Of a DNA stretch of 64,000 bases, positions 38,386 through 48,426 are shown one piece after another (position 1 is the first letter of the stretch; every line of letters begins with the position of its first letter). Where the stretch lies: NCBI GenBank assembly GCA_021372785.1, contig JAJFTT010000036.1:28355-92354 (forward strand), given 5' to 3'. A program made the translations under genes and the position numbers. This stretch comes from Negativicutes bacterium. GTDB lineage: Bacteria > Bacillota > JAAYKD01. The notes under the pieces are model-generated. The model was not told the origin of the DNA, made no database searches, and saw only the letters and a list, made by a program, of their open reading frames with translations.

Positions 38386-39351
38386 TTATTCCCGTAAGCC
38401 GCCGGTCGAAAACGCCTCTGCCGCCAAAAAAGCGATGCCAACGGCATTATCGCTGCTCAATTCCGGTGATGCAAAATAAAGATGCGCACTGACAGCAGGA
38501 TGTTCCAGTTTATGACGCAGCCGATCCCGCAGATAACGATTCGCCGTGACGCCGCCCACCAGCAGGACATCTTTGATTTTTGTTGTTTCGATCGCGCTGC
38601 GGATCATTTTCTCCAGAGATTTCACCACGCAGTTTTCAACGGCGCGGGCGATTTCGGCAGGTTCTGCCGCAGACTGCAGCAGGCGCATCGCCTGGCTTTC
38701 CGCACCGGAAAAGCTGAGTTTGCCCTGATGATAAGCGGCCGGAATAACGCTCAGGTTTTCATGGGAGGTTTGCGCCAGTTTCTCCAGGGCAGGTCCGGCC
38801 GGAAACGGAAGCCCCATGGCGACTCCAATCCGATCGATCAGCTGTCCGGCGCTGATATCGTCAGTCGCGGCAAGAATTGTTTCCCTGAAGTGATGCTCCT
38901 CTTGCTTTACCAGCAGAAGTTCGGTCGTTCCGCCGGAAAGATGCACCGACAGAAATTGCGGCAGGTCAGGTTCACCGGCACTGAATAAACCGGCTTTGAT
39001 GTGTCCTTCCTGATGACTGTAGGTGTAGAGCGGAATCTTCAGCATCTGACTCAAGACAGCGGCGAATTGATTACCCACCAAAAAGACAGGCATATAGGAA
39101 CCGGGCAGTGAGCGCGGCTGATTGCTGACACCAATGGCAACCGGCGGATAATCCGGCCTTTCCAACTGCAAAAACTGCTGGCTGATACTGCGCAAATGAG
39201 CAAAGACCGCTTCCGATTGCCGCAATCCACGTTCACCCATGGCCACGGAAAGTAATTGTCTTTGCTGATGCAGCAACTGATGATCCAAAGTAACAGCAGC
39301 CAAAGAAGTTGTATAGTTGCTGGTATCAATCCCCAAAACCCATTCATTCAT
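38386..39351 (-). CDS. Gcp/TsaD-family (peptidase M22 / Kae1-like) paralog of uncertain activity
   Basis: 321 aa. N-terminal GIDTSNYTTSLA (ASKHA fold) and SHQEGH in place of the canonical metal-binding H-x-E-G-H. It sits between nusB and xseA. Confidence 0.55.
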   Translation of the reverse strand: MNEWVLGIDTSNYTTSLAAVTLDHQLLHQQRQLLSVAMGERGLRQSEAVFAHLRSISQQFLQLERPDYPPVAIGVSNQPRSLPGSYMPVFLVGNQFAAVLSQMLKIPLYTYSHQEGHIKAGLFSAGEPDLPQFLSVHLSGGTTELLLVKQEEHHFRETILAATDDISAGQLIDRIGVAMGLPFPAGPALEKLAQTSHENLSVIPAAYHQGKLSFSGAESQAMRLLQSAAEPAEIARAVENCVVKSLEKMIRSAIETTKIKDVLLVGGVTANRYLRDRLRHKLEHPAVSAHLYFASPELSSDNAVGIAFLAAEAFSTGGLRE

Positions 39352-39802
39352 TTTCTGCTCCGTCAGGTTTTGTTTCTTCCCCGGGCTTGTTCTGCAATAC
39401 TTGCATATGCTGAATCACATTGCCCAGAATACCGTTAATGAAACGGGAAGCCTCCTGCGTACTATAAATTTTAGTAATTTCAATTGCCTCATTCACCGTC
39501 ACACCGACCGGTACATCATCCATAAACATCAGCTCAAACAAAGCAAAGCGCAGAATAGAACGTTCCAGTTTTGCGATACGGTCCATTTTCCAATCTACCG
39601 CAAATTCATTCAAGGTATCATCCAGCTGAGACTGATGCGCAATGACACCGTCGATCAGTTGATGAGCGAAAATCAGATCGTTCTCGGTCAGTTCAGCCGC
39701 ATCTTCTAAGGCTAATGGTAAAGCTTCTTCCGGCGAAATATCATGAAATTCTCTTTGGAACAAGGTCTTCACCGCTGTTTCACGGGCAACACGTCTGGAC
39801 AT
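39344..39802 (-). CDS. nusB: Transcription antitermination factor NusB
   Basis: 152 aa, MSRRVARETAVKTLFQ ... all-helical NusB fold motifs. Confidence 0.85.
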   Translation of the reverse strand: MSRRVARETAVKTLFQREFHDISPEEALPLALEDAAELTENDLIFAHQLIDGVIAHQSQLDDTLNEFAVDWKMDRIAKLERSILRFALFELMFMDDVPVGVTVNEAIEITKIYSTQEASRFINGILGNVIQHMQVLQNKPGEETKPDGAENE

Positions 39803-40057
39803 AAAACACTCTCCTTAAACGCCGCCATAGCAGAATTTTGTGGCTGCGGCGGTCATTAATAATTTATTATAGCAAATTCCATTTTGGAAAGCAACTGAAT
39901 CCAACTCGATTTTTCAAATATCTTCTGAATATGCATAAAGATACAGATTTTTTAAGCCAGGGAAAACAGGAAGCTGCGGCGCCTGTCGGATTGATTTCGA
40001 CAGAAAAACGGTCACCGTTGCAAACGATGACCGTCAGTTTCAGGAAAACAGCAGCTG

Positions 40058-40615
40058 TTATACTCTGGAAAGATACTCGCCGGTACGAGTATCTATGCGA
40101 ATTTTATCCCCCTCGTTGATAAAGAAGGGAACCCGCACCGCAGCACCGGTTTCCAATTTAGCCGGTTTGCTGCCGCCGGTAGCGGTATCGCCTTTGACAC
40201 CGGGTTCACACTCTGCAATCTTCAGCTCGACAATATTCGGCATTTCCACACCAATAACCGTCCCGTCATAAATTTGAACCATCAAATTCATATTTTCGAT
40301 TAAATACTTGATGCCATCGCCAATTTGCTCGGCTGTCAGTTCCATCTGTTCGTAAGTGGTGGTATCCATAAAGGTATAAAAATCACCGGAGGCATAGAGA
40401 TATTGCATTTCATGCGTATCGATTCTGGCTTTGTTCAATTTTTCCCCGGCATTAAACGTTTTCTCCTGTACGGCGCCTGTTTTGACGTTTTTCATTTTTG
40501 TCCGTACAAAGGCAGCGCCTTTTCCCGGCTTCACGTGCTGAAACTCCACAACAGACCATACACTGCCATCAATTTCTACGGTTACACCATTTCTTAAATC
40601 GTTTGTACTGATCAT
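40058..40615 (-). CDS. efp: Elongation factor P
   Basis: 185 aa with [17 protein letters not shown] and the KPGKGAAF loop that carries the modified Lys. Confidence 0.9.
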   Translation of the reverse strand: MISTNDLRNGVTVEIDGSVWSVVEFQHVKPGKGAAFVRTKMKNVKTGAVQEKTFNAGEKLNKARIDTHEMQYLYASGDFYTFMDTTTYEQMELTAEQIGDGIKYLIENMNLMVQIYDGTVIGVEMPNIVELKIAECEPGVKGDTATGGSKPAKLETGAAVRVPFFINEGDKIRIDTRTGEYLSRV

Positions 40616-40648
40616 TGGCTTCTCCTCCGCTTCCTAATTGGTTTATTA

Positions 40649-41728
40649 TCAGTCTGTTGAATCCGAAAGACAAATCAAGGCCTTGCTGGTGTGGTTGAAA
40701 TTCCGGTATCCTGTATTGGTCACCATTACCATGTCTTCAATACGAACCCCACCCCATTGAGGAATATAAATCCCCGGTTCAATCGTAATCACATGTCCCG
40801 CCTGTAAAACAACATTGCCTGTTTTGCCGCAGCTGGGTGCTTCATGCACATTTCTGCCAACGCCATGACCCAAACCGTGACCGAAATAATCTCCATAGCC
40901 TGCTTTTGTAATCACAGAACGGGCAATCTGATCGAGCTCTTTGCCCATCAGACCGGGTTGTACGGCAGCCAATGTCTGCATGTGGGCATCCAGAACGATC
41001 TGATAGATTTTTTCCTGCTCCCGGCTGGCGGTTCCGATTAGCACGGTGCGCGTCATATCGGAACAATAACCTTGATATTTGGCGCCAAAATCCAATGTCA
41101 GGAAATCGCCGTTTTGCAAGATCCGATCGGTCGGCTGACCATGCGGCAAGGAAGACCGCGGGCCGGAAGCAGCTATGATCTCAAAAGCTAAACCATCGGC
41201 TCCCTGCTCCCGCATAAAGCGTTCCATTTCCAAAGCAACTTCGCGTTCTGAGAGTCCGGCATGCAGGTAAGCAAGCAGGTGCAAAAAGGTTTGTTCACTG
41301 ATATCAGTGGCAGTCTGCATTTTAGCCAACTCATCTGCCGTTTTCACCATACGAAGATTTTCGATATAACCGGTGAGTGGAATAAAAACAGACTGCGGGT
41401 TTTGTTTGATCATAGAGGTTGCCTGTGCATAGGTTAGGTTTTCTTGTTCAAAACCAACCTGAGCGATCTTTTCCTGCAGCAATAATTCTTTTACAGTGTT
41501 TTCCAGTGATTCATTTTGACGAATCAACTCAAAATCCGGCGCCTGCAGCGCTGCTTGCTCATAATACCGAAAGTCCGTGATCAGAAAGCTGTGTTCCGCC
41601 GTGATCAGCAGCCAGCCGGATGTACCGTTAAAGTTGCTCAGGTATGCGCGGTTTTCCGGGTGAGTAACGAGAACCGCTTCATAACCATCCCGCTGCATCG
41701 CTTGCCGCAGCTGCGATAAAAAGCTCAT
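40649..41728 (-). CDS. M24B Xaa-Pro aminopeptidase/dipeptidase (YqhT-like)
   Basis: 359 aa. Pita-bread metal ligands D...D...H...E...E (HGLGHGVG, VITIEPG). It sits upstream of efp, as yqhT does in Bacillus. Confidence 0.85.
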   Translation of the reverse strand: MSFLSQLRQAMQRDGYEAVLVTHPENRAYLSNFNGTSGWLLITAEHSFLITDFRYYEQAALQAPDFELIRQNESLENTVKELLLQEKIAQVGFEQENLTYAQATSMIKQNPQSVFIPLTGYIENLRMVKTADELAKMQTATDISEQTFLHLLAYLHAGLSEREVALEMERFMREQGADGLAFEIIAASGPRSSLPHGQPTDRILQNGDFLTLDFGAKYQGYCSDMTRTVLIGTASREQEKIYQIVLDAHMQTLAAVQPGLMGKELDQIARSVITKAGYGDYFGHGLGHGVGRNVHEAPSCGKTGNVVLQAGHVITIEPGIYIPQWGGVRIEDMVMVTNTGYRNFNHTSKALICLSDSTD

Positions 41729-41845
41729 AATGATCCTCCTTCTCTGCAGTTTTCAAATCAAAGCTAATTTTACCATATTCTTGCTTGGGCTTCAACCGGA
41801 AAATTAAGATAGTAAAGCAGGAAGATTGTCAGATTATGTGGAGAA

Positions 41846-42331
41846 TCAACTTTCTCTGATCACAACCCGTCCGGTCACCGGCTGAATGACAATTTGCAGC
41901 GTCTCACCCAGGCGGTTGCGCAGCGTGATACTGCCACCCATATTGATATTGCCATTGGCAAGAAAAGTAAAATCAAGCTTGCTGACCGTCACATCGCTGC
42001 GTATTGGGTAAGCAGGCTTGAGCACAAAAACTCCCCGATATCTGGCAAGCCGCTGCCGTCCATCGCTGCCTGTTGAACAGAGGATGCGGATACTGCTATT
42101 TTCTTTGAGAGCGATCAGCCTGGTCTGACGGATTTGCGCTGCGATTTCATTTGCCGTGCTTTGCAGATGCAGGGTCGCCGTCAGCCGTTGATAATTTGGC
42201 ATGGCCAAACCCAGCAGCATGGCGAGCAGCGCCAGGACGAGCATCAATTCAATCAGCGTATAACCTTTTTTAGCGCTGCGCAAAGGGATTCGGTTTGGAT
42301 AATTCCGAGAAAAAAGCTTCTGTATCCGCAT
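41846..42331 (-). CDS. Type IV pilus minor pilin / pseudopilin
   Basis: 161 aa. Class III signal peptide KKGYTLIELMLVLALLAMLLGLA (G/F-T-L-x-E). Confidence 0.6.
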   Translation of the reverse strand: MRIQKLFSRNYPNRIPLRSAKKGYTLIELMLVLALLAMLLGLAMPNYQRLTATLHLQSTANEIAAQIRQTRLIALKENSSIRILCSTGSDGRQRLARYRGVFVLKPAYPIRSDVTVSKLDFTFLANGNINMGGSITLRNRLGETLQIVIQPVTGRVVIRES

Positions 42332-42914
42332 CGGCTAAGCCTCCCTGATCCAGCAGAATTTTACCTTCCGATTCAAACTGAAGCAGCGGCTCCTTTTCTG
42401 CCCCAGTCTCTGATTGGGAGATGCTCCAGCTGTCCGAAATAATTAAACGGTCATAAGCGTACCAGCGCCGCAGAAACCGCATTGTCTGCCCATAGCTGCC
42501 GACGATTTCCAAATGAAAAGCAATTTCAGGTTTGGCCTGACCAGAATCCGAAGCAGCGGGATCGCTTAATTCAATCAGCCGGATCACCACGCCGCTTTCT
42601 TCCGCCTGATCCGAGAAAAATTGCAGGAATGCCGCGCCGGAAAAAGCTGTGTCTGTCCAGAGCTCCGATCTTGACAAAGCTTCCCGCAGCTGCTTAATTT
42701 CCGAATTCAATGGTTCCGCTGCTTGCTCTTGATCGAGTCCTGATTCTGCGGCGGTCAGCGCCTTTTGGTATAAGTCCCTGCAGACACGATATTCATCCAG
42801 GATCGGCAGATAGAAATGCTCCAGCAGAATCAAACAGAGCAGAAGGAAAAACAATCCGAGCAAAGAACGTTCGCGCCTGGATAAAAGAAGCGGCTTAAGC
42901 GGATTCGTGCTCAT
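42270..42914 (-). CDS. pilO: Type IV pilus assembly protein PilO-like
   Basis: About 215 aa from MSTNPLK. Single TM followed by a coiled coil, encoded after pilN. Confidence 0.55.
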   Translation of the reverse strand: MSTNPLKPLLLSRRERSLLGLFFLLLCLILLEHFYLPILDEYRVCRDLYQKALTAAESGLDQEQAAEPLNSEIKQLREALSRSELWTDTAFSGAAFLQFFSDQAEESGVVIRLIELSDPAASDSGQAKPEIAFHLEIVGSYGQTMRFLRRWYAYDRLIISDSWSISQSETGAEKEPLLQFESEGKILLDQGGLADADTEAFFSELSKPNPFAQR

Positions 42915-43459
42915 GACGCGTCCCTGTTTTTCGCCAAACCCAGACGCAATGTAAATTCCCAAATTTGGCTGGCCGGACTGAAATCGTCACTGTTTCTCTG
43001 CAGTTTTGTGAAGTTGCAGACAGCGTAAAACGACTGTCGTTCCATGTTTTGCAGCAAGAGCGTAATCTCCTGCAACTGTCTGCTGCTGCCGGACAGTTCA
43101 ATTTCATTCTCGAAATAATCAACCCGCTGCAAGATCACTGCCGATGGCAGCAATTGCATAATCTGCGCAAGCAGCGGCAACGCATGCCGGTCTGCAGAAA
43201 CGTCTGCCTGCGCCGCATGAACTGCAAACTCTTGCTGCAGCCGGTCGCGTTCTGCGATCAAAACGCTGAGTTCCTGGCGCGGGGTGCTCTGCAGCAGCAG
43301 TTCTGTTTGTTGCTGCAGCTTTTTGCTTTCTTGTCGCAGCAGAAGGCCGCTGCCCAAGAGAAAACAAAGCGCAGCGGCGATCAAACAAATCAACAAGCAA
43401 ACCCGCCGGGAGTGTTCCGGCTGACGGCGCAAAGACTGCGGCAGAAAATTGATTCTCAT
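42911..43459 (-). CDS. pilN: Type IV pilus assembly protein PilN
   Basis: Start MRINFLPQSLRR, which is the conserved PilN N-terminus, followed by a single TM and a coiled coil. Confidence 0.7.
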   Translation of the reverse strand: MRINFLPQSLRRQPEHSRRVCLLICLIAAALCFLLGSGLLLRQESKKLQQQTELLLQSTPRQELSVLIAERDRLQQEFAVHAAQADVSADRHALPLLAQIMQLLPSAVILQRVDYFENEIELSGSSRQLQEITLLLQNMERQSFYAVCNFTKLQRNSDDFSPASQIWEFTLRLGLAKNRDAS

Positions 43460-44433
43460 CGCACTTCCCCCCGTTCCGAAGATTTCAGCAGTAAGCCATA
43501 GGCTGCAATCGCAGCGGAGTTCCATTCGGGGCAGAGCAAACCTTTCGTTTGAGCAAAACGTTCCCGAAAAAGCGCCGCCAGTGATATCACGCGCACAGCA
43601 TTGCCGTCGGGCAGCAATTGGCGTAATTCTGTCGTTATCGCTGCAAATTGATCTTCCCAGTCCTGCGGCAGCAGCAGATAGAGTTCACTCAGCAGGATAT
43701 TCTTCGTTTCGCTTCGATAAAAGTTTAAAAAGGCTGCCGCATCCTGCAGGAGCTGCGAAAAAACAACCGGCTGCGGATCGGTCCGGTTGACAGCAGCGGT
43801 CAGATTATGCTGTCTGCGCAGAATACCGTCACGAAAAATACTCCATTCGATCGCAGCACAGGAAAAATCCAAAATCGCCTGATAAACAGTCGCCTTTGCA
43901 GGTATTACCAAACAGCCATAGAGGGTGTTTGCACGTAGATCCAGCGTTTGCAGCTGCCTGCCGGAGGCATGCAGGCGCAGCAACAAAGCGGAAATCGGCT
44001 CTTTGGGCAGCGCATAAACGACCAGTTGAATTTGCTTGTCTGCTTTCCTTTGCTTTTCTTTGGTCGGATAAACCGCAAAATCGCAAAGACATTCTTCTGC
44101 AGTCCAACCGAAATATTGTTCGACTTCGTTGGCTGCGACTCTTTTCAGATCGCTGTTTTTCATATAAGGCATCGGCGGCAATTCTTTCAGCCTGATCGGA
44201 TAACCCGTGCAGCAAAGAGAAATCGTTGCCTGTCTGCCCGGATCAAGCTGATCAAGCTGCCGGCAAAGAGCGGGCAGGCAATCGCTGTCTTCCCATAGAT
44301 TGAAGGCAGTAGAAAAGGAACGAAGGCAGGCACCCTGTTTTCGCCTTATCTCCCGCAAAACGCCATATTGCTTGGTCCCTCCCAAATCGAGACCAAACTG
44401 CAGTAGATTACGCGAAAAATCTAGATTTTTCAT
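43456..44433 (-). CDS. pilM: Type IV pilus assembly protein PilM (actin-like ATPase fold)
   Basis: About 325 aa from MKNLDFS. GLDLGGTK phosphate-1-like motif. 4 nt overlaps with the flanking genes. Confidence 0.7.
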   Translation of the reverse strand: MKNLDFSRNLLQFGLDLGGTKQYGVLREIRRKQGACLRSFSTAFNLWEDSDCLPALCRQLDQLDPGRQATISLCCTGYPIRLKELPPMPYMKNSDLKRVAANEVEQYFGWTAEECLCDFAVYPTKEKQRKADKQIQLVVYALPKEPISALLLRLHASGRQLQTLDLRANTLYGCLVIPAKATVYQAILDFSCAAIEWSIFRDGILRRQHNLTAAVNRTDPQPVVFSQLLQDAAAFLNFYRSETKNILLSELYLLLPQDWEDQFAAITTELRQLLPDGNAVRVISLAALFRERFAQTKGLLCPEWNSAAIAAYGLLLKSSERGEVR

Positions 44434-44437
44434 GGTT

Positions 44438-45004
44438 TCACCTCGTTCTTTTAAGACAATTCCGCAGGTAGAAGGATTGCTCTGCCCGGAAGGGACGTTC
44501 CGTTGCGGCAGTAAAAACCACCCGCAATAATTGCCTGCCATGACGGCTTACCAGATACGCGCTGAACTCTTCCAAATAAAGCGCAGCCTGGATTTTTCCG
44601 GATGTGGAAGCGGTACGAATTTCTTCATAGAAAATCTGCGCAGTCTGGTTCAGATAAAAATCAACCGCTTTGTTCTGCTGATCCGTGCTGTCCCAATAGG
44701 ACATGCGCAAGATTGGGCTCGACTGCCCGGTTGGCGGCAGAATTTCCGCGCTTTGCGCAAAGGAAGCATAATGGGCAACACGTTTCAGCGCGGCATCGGC
44801 TTGTTGCTCCGCCTCGTTGCTCAGGCTCTCCTGCCGCCAGAGCCGCAGGCTGCTGTTTTCCGCATCTGCCAACGTGATGAAGAGCATCGCCGCGATTGCC
44901 AAAGCCAAAAGTAGTTCCACCAGTGTAAAACCGTGTTTAGGGCGAGTAGAAAAAATCGAGCGAGGTTTCCGCATCTTCTTGAACGCCTCCGATCTGAGCC
45001 ACAC
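44438..45004 (-). CDS. Pseudopilin / minor pilin
   Basis: 188 aa with the prepilin N-terminus RPKHGFTLVELLLALAIAAMLF. Confidence 0.6.
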   Translation of the reverse strand: MWLRSEAFKKMRKPRSIFSTRPKHGFTLVELLLALAIAAMLFITLADAENSSLRLWRQESLSNEAEQQADAALKRVAHYASFAQSAEILPPTGQSSPILRMSYWDSTDQQNKAVDFYLNQTAQIFYEEIRTASTSGKIQAALYLEEFSAYLVSRHGRQLLRVVFTAATERPFRAEQSFYLRNCLKRTR

Positions 45005-45338
45005 GCAGCCGCAGGGTTACTAAATTTCCGTCCGCCTCAACCTCCAGGATTTGCCAAATTTTGCGGTATGCTGCCGTAGCGGTAATTTCTGTTTCAATCA
45101 GTTGATGTTGCGGGGAAGCATCGATTTGCTGCAAGACGGATGCAGCGGAAAAAGCGTAGAATTCTTCCAAAGCAGACCGTAGGATCCTGTCTGTCTGCTC
45201 CGTGCTGAAAGCGGTTCTCAAATCCTGATTGCTCTGATTGTTCAAAAGGAAGATCGGTATCAGCAAGAAACCAACCAGCGCCAGTGACAGGATTGCCTCC
45301 AAGAGGGCGATCCCTTTTTTATGCTTTTTCTGTTTCAT
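44937..45338 (-). CDS. Pseudopilin / minor pilin
   Basis: 133 aa with KKGIALLEAILSLALVGFLLIPI. Confidence 0.5.
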   Translation of the reverse strand: MKQKKHKKGIALLEAILSLALVGFLLIPIFLLNNQSNQDLRTAFSTEQTDRILRSALEEFYAFSAASVLQQIDASPQHQLIETEITATAAYRKIWQILEVEADGNLVTLRLRVAQIGGVQEDAETSLDFFYSP

Positions 45339-46417
45339 CTTGATTCAGCTGCCAGCGCGGAAAAAATATGCCGATATTCCGTGCAATAAACAATATTTTG
45401 CCAAAACAAGACTTGATCGGTTTTTATTCCGCTTAAATTGAACCAATAAAGCAATTCCGCCAGGACATTCGCATCGGGTGCTGCGCTGAGATTCGCCTGC
45501 TGCAGAATCAGCTGGTCGGCATAGAGAAAACCGGTGCAGTGAATGATCTGTTCCGGGCGCGCCAATATGGTCAGCGAGCGCAGGCAATACAGAGAAGGCA
45601 GATTAATCTCTGCGCCTGCCGCAGTCAGATCAAGCAGCAGGTTATCTGCAGCCAGCAGGGTGTCCGACGGCTGCTCTAAGTGAAATTCCTGCTCGTTTGC
45701 GATATAGAGTAATTGCTTGGCTTGCAGGCCATTCTGCGTTGGAACAAAATAGGTCAGCAGCTGATTTTCTTCCGCTAACGCCTCTGCCATGCCGGAGATG
45801 CCCGCCGCCGCTAAAATCGGCTGAAACAAAACTTCTGACGGTTCGATTTCTGTTTTCCGCTGCACGCGGTGGAACAGGGGCGGATAAGCTGCCGCCAGGT
45901 TAACTTCGATTGTCGCTGTGTCGGTTGTCAGAATCACACCTTCCTGCAGTGCCGTGTCGGAAGCAAAAAAAGAACCGCTGCCTGTGACAGGATCTGTCAC
46001 CCAGGCAACCGGCCGCTTAACCTCGGTGGCAGCAAGCAATAAAACACCGTGCAATCGGTAGTAAGTTTGCCGATACTGCCCGATGGTATCAATAACCAAT
46101 TCTCGGCTGCCCGGATTATAATTTAATTCCGCCTGACAGCTGCCCTCGTTCAGACTGAATTCTGTCACGATGCTTGCCGCACCGCTCCAGCCTTTGGCTT
46201 GACAGTTTTGCCTGACGGTCATCATCGCCCACTCCCAGGCACTTTGGGCATTGTAAAGAGCAAAAGTTTCGTCGTGTTGGTTGCGGGCTAGCCAGATTTG
46301 CATGCGGTCGTAACCGAAAACTGTGACGGCAAGAAAAATCAGCAAACTGCAAGAAAGCAAAGTCAGAGTAAGAATGCCGCCGCGTTTTTGCTTAGACGGC
46401 GCAATGAATCTGCTCAT
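45335..46417 (-). CDS. Pilus-associated protein (PilX/large minor-pilin-like) with an N-terminal TM anchor
   Basis: About 360 aa from MSRFIAPSKQKRGGILTLTLLSCSLLIFLAV. Its ATG overlaps the stop of the truncated pilD. The upstream extension of the ORF to 46588 is alternate-frame read-through. Confidence 0.4.
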   Translation of the reverse strand: MSRFIAPSKQKRGGILTLTLLSCSLLIFLAVTVFGYDRMQIWLARNQHDETFALYNAQSAWEWAMMTVRQNCQAKGWSGAASIVTEFSLNEGSCQAELNYNPGSRELVIDTIGQYRQTYYRLHGVLLLAATEVKRPVAWVTDPVTGSGSFFASDTALQEGVILTTDTATIEVNLAAAYPPLFHRVQRKTEIEPSEVLFQPILAAAGISGMAEALAEENQLLTYFVPTQNGLQAKQLLYIANEQEFHLEQPSDTLLAADNLLLDLTAAGAEINLPSLYCLRSLTILARPEQIIHCTGFLYADQLILQQANLSAAPDANVLAELLYWFNLSGIKTDQVLFWQNIVYCTEYRHIFSALAAESR

Positions 46418-46794
46418 CGCAGCCTCTTTTGTTCCAAAAATAGAACCGCAAAAAACAAAGCCAACGTGATCAGACAAGTTGAGATCAGCAAAGCCAAAGG
46501 GGTTGCTGATAAAAACCAGCAGAACGTCCACGCCGCAATGCAACAGACCTCCAGCCAGAAATAGCGCGCTGCGATCGGCTGCCGGCAATAACGACAGCGC
46601 CCCTTGAGAAACAACCAGCTAAACACCGGAATCAAATCCAGCGGTGCCAGGAGATGACCGCAGTCGCAGCAATGCGACCGACCCATCAACGATTCGTGAC
46701 GCGGCAAACGCCAGACCAGCATGTTGAGAAAAGAACCGATACAGGCAGCCAATACGATATAGAAAGGTAAAAAAGGAAAGTAGACGGTATTCAT
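46414..46794 (-). CDS. pilD: Truncated prepilin peptidase, containing only the N-terminal zinc-binding DiS-P-DiS domain
   Basis: 126 aa. FLNMLVWRLP ... CCDCGH ... CRYCRQPI tetracysteine motif. The A24 peptidase domain and both catalytic Asp boxes are absent. Confidence 0.6.
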   Translation of the reverse strand: MNTVYFPFLPFYIVLAACIGSFLNMLVWRLPRHESLMGRSHCCDCGHLLAPLDLIPVFSWLFLKGRCRYCRQPIAARYFWLEVCCIAAWTFCWFLSATPLALLISTCLITLALFFAVLFLEQKRLR

Positions 46795-47216
46795 TCTGTA
46801 AAATTCACCCTGCTTATTTCAGTTTCTCCATCTTTGATGATGATTTGTTTGGGTTTCGAACTTTTGTCAAGGATATAAGTCAGGCTCAGGTCTTTCACCT
46901 CCACCTGGTAGGCGGCAAAGTCAGCCTGATCAAGAGGCCCATTTTCCGGCAGCACATGGCTGATCCCTTTCAATTCATCGATGAGCATAGCCCGTTCCAT
47001 CGCGGCGATAACCTGATACGCATCCAATTCTGCTTTCGTGATGCGCGCCTCCTGATAAGTAGCAAGCACTCTTGGCACAGCCAAAGTGCAGAGCAGCGCT
47101 AGAATTCCTAAAACAACGAGAATCTCAACCAAGGTAAATCCGGACTTTCGTCCTCGCTTTTCTTTCATAACCACCCTTCTTTCTTTCTTTATCCAATCAG
47201 ACCGATTCCTTGCCAC
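46791..47216 (-). CDS. pilA: Type IV pilin (candidate major pilin)
   Basis: 141 aa with KSGFTLVEILVVLGILALLCTLAVP, a class III signal with Glu5. Confidence 0.65.
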   Translation of the reverse strand: MARNRSDWIKKERRVVMKEKRGRKSGFTLVEILVVLGILALLCTLAVPRVLATYQEARITKAELDAYQVIAAMERAMLIDELKGISHVLPENGPLDQADFAAYQVEVKDLSLTYILDKSSKPKQIIIKDGETEISRVNFTE

Positions 47217-48286
47217 TGATTCAGCATCGGCAGTAAAATCGAGACGGCAATCCAGCCCACAAAAAGAGAAATGATCAGAATCAAAATTGGTTCGATCAGG
47301 CGGCTGATCTTTTCAGAGGTCATCCGGATTTCCAAATCGTAATAAGCAGCCGCTTCCTGCAGCAATGGCGCTAAACCGCCGCCGTTCTCTCCTACACGCA
47401 GCAGTGAGATGAAACCTGGCGGGAGATAAGGAAACGATGCCAAACCGGCGCTGAGAGATTGACCCAAGCGCACCTGCTGACTCGCAGCGGCAATTCCTTG
47501 CCGCAGCAGCAGCGATCCCATTACTGCCGCAGCCAATTCCAATGAAGAAAGCATTTCGTTGCCGCTGTCCAATAACAGAGCCAGCGTGCGCGAAAAATGA
47601 CTCCACTCCTGTTTACAGACAAGAGCTCCCAAGAGAGGCAAATGATAGAGCATTGCTTCCGTTCTGCAGCGAAAGCTCGCCCGACCCCAGAAGTAACGAA
47701 GGGTTAAAGCAAAAAGCAGAAGCAGCAGTAAAAGCAAAGGCCAAAAGGTTTGCAAAAAACCAGAGGTCCGCAACAGCAGCCGTGTGGCCAAAGGCAATGT
47801 TTCCGGTGTCGCTGACGAGAAGGCAAGTAAGCTTGGGATTACGAAGGAGATGAGAAAAATACAGACTGCAATTGCTACTGTCAGTAAAACAACCGGATAA
47901 AGCAAAGCGTTTTCTACTTTGCGTCTCATTTCGTCTTCCAGTAAATAATAAGCCGCCAGTTGTCGAAAAACACTCTCCCACTGACCGCTTCGCTCTCCCG
48001 CTTTCAGCGAACTGACGAAGAATTGCGGTACGCCGGGAACCCAATGCTGCAAGGCTTGCGATAAGCTGTTGCCTCTGTCCAAAGCTGCGATCAGACTGGT
48101 ATAAAAAGAACGCTGATCCTGCCGCCTGGCTTCCTCATTGAAAATGATCAGAGCATCCCGCAAAGTCACACCCGCCGACAACAAATGAGCCAACTGATTG
48201 GCGAATACATGCAGCTCATAAAGCGTGAAAGAATGGCTTCGCTGCCAATGAGCAAGCCATTTCCGCCAGGTCTTGGCCGGATTCAC
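47189..48286 (-). CDS. pilC: Type IV pilus / T2SS platform protein (GspF/PilC family)
   Basis: 365 aa with two GspF repeats and 3 TM each. Confidence 0.8.
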   Translation of the reverse strand: MNPAKTWRKWLAHWQRSHSFTLYELHVFANQLAHLLSAGVTLRDALIIFNEEARRQDQRSFYTSLIAALDRGNSLSQALQHWVPGVPQFFVSSLKAGERSGQWESVFRQLAAYYLLEDEMRRKVENALLYPVVLLTVAIAVCIFLISFVIPSLLAFSSATPETLPLATRLLLRTSGFLQTFWPLLLLLLLLFALTLRYFWGRASFRCRTEAMLYHLPLLGALVCKQEWSHFSRTLALLLDSGNEMLSSLELAAAVMGSLLLRQGIAAASQQVRLGQSLSAGLASFPYLPPGFISLLRVGENGGGLAPLLQEAAAYYDLEIRMTSEKISRLIEPILILIISLFVGWIAVSILLPMLNQWQGIGLIG

Positions 48287-48426
48287 CCGGACGAGATAAT
48301 TTCGTTCCTGCCGCAGCTGCCCGGCAGCGGTCTTTTGCGAATCGGCCCACAGTGTCCCTTCCTGTGCTGTTCCATCCGGAAGGATAATACGATAACAGAA
48401 TAATTCCAGCGTCTCCTCACCTTCTC

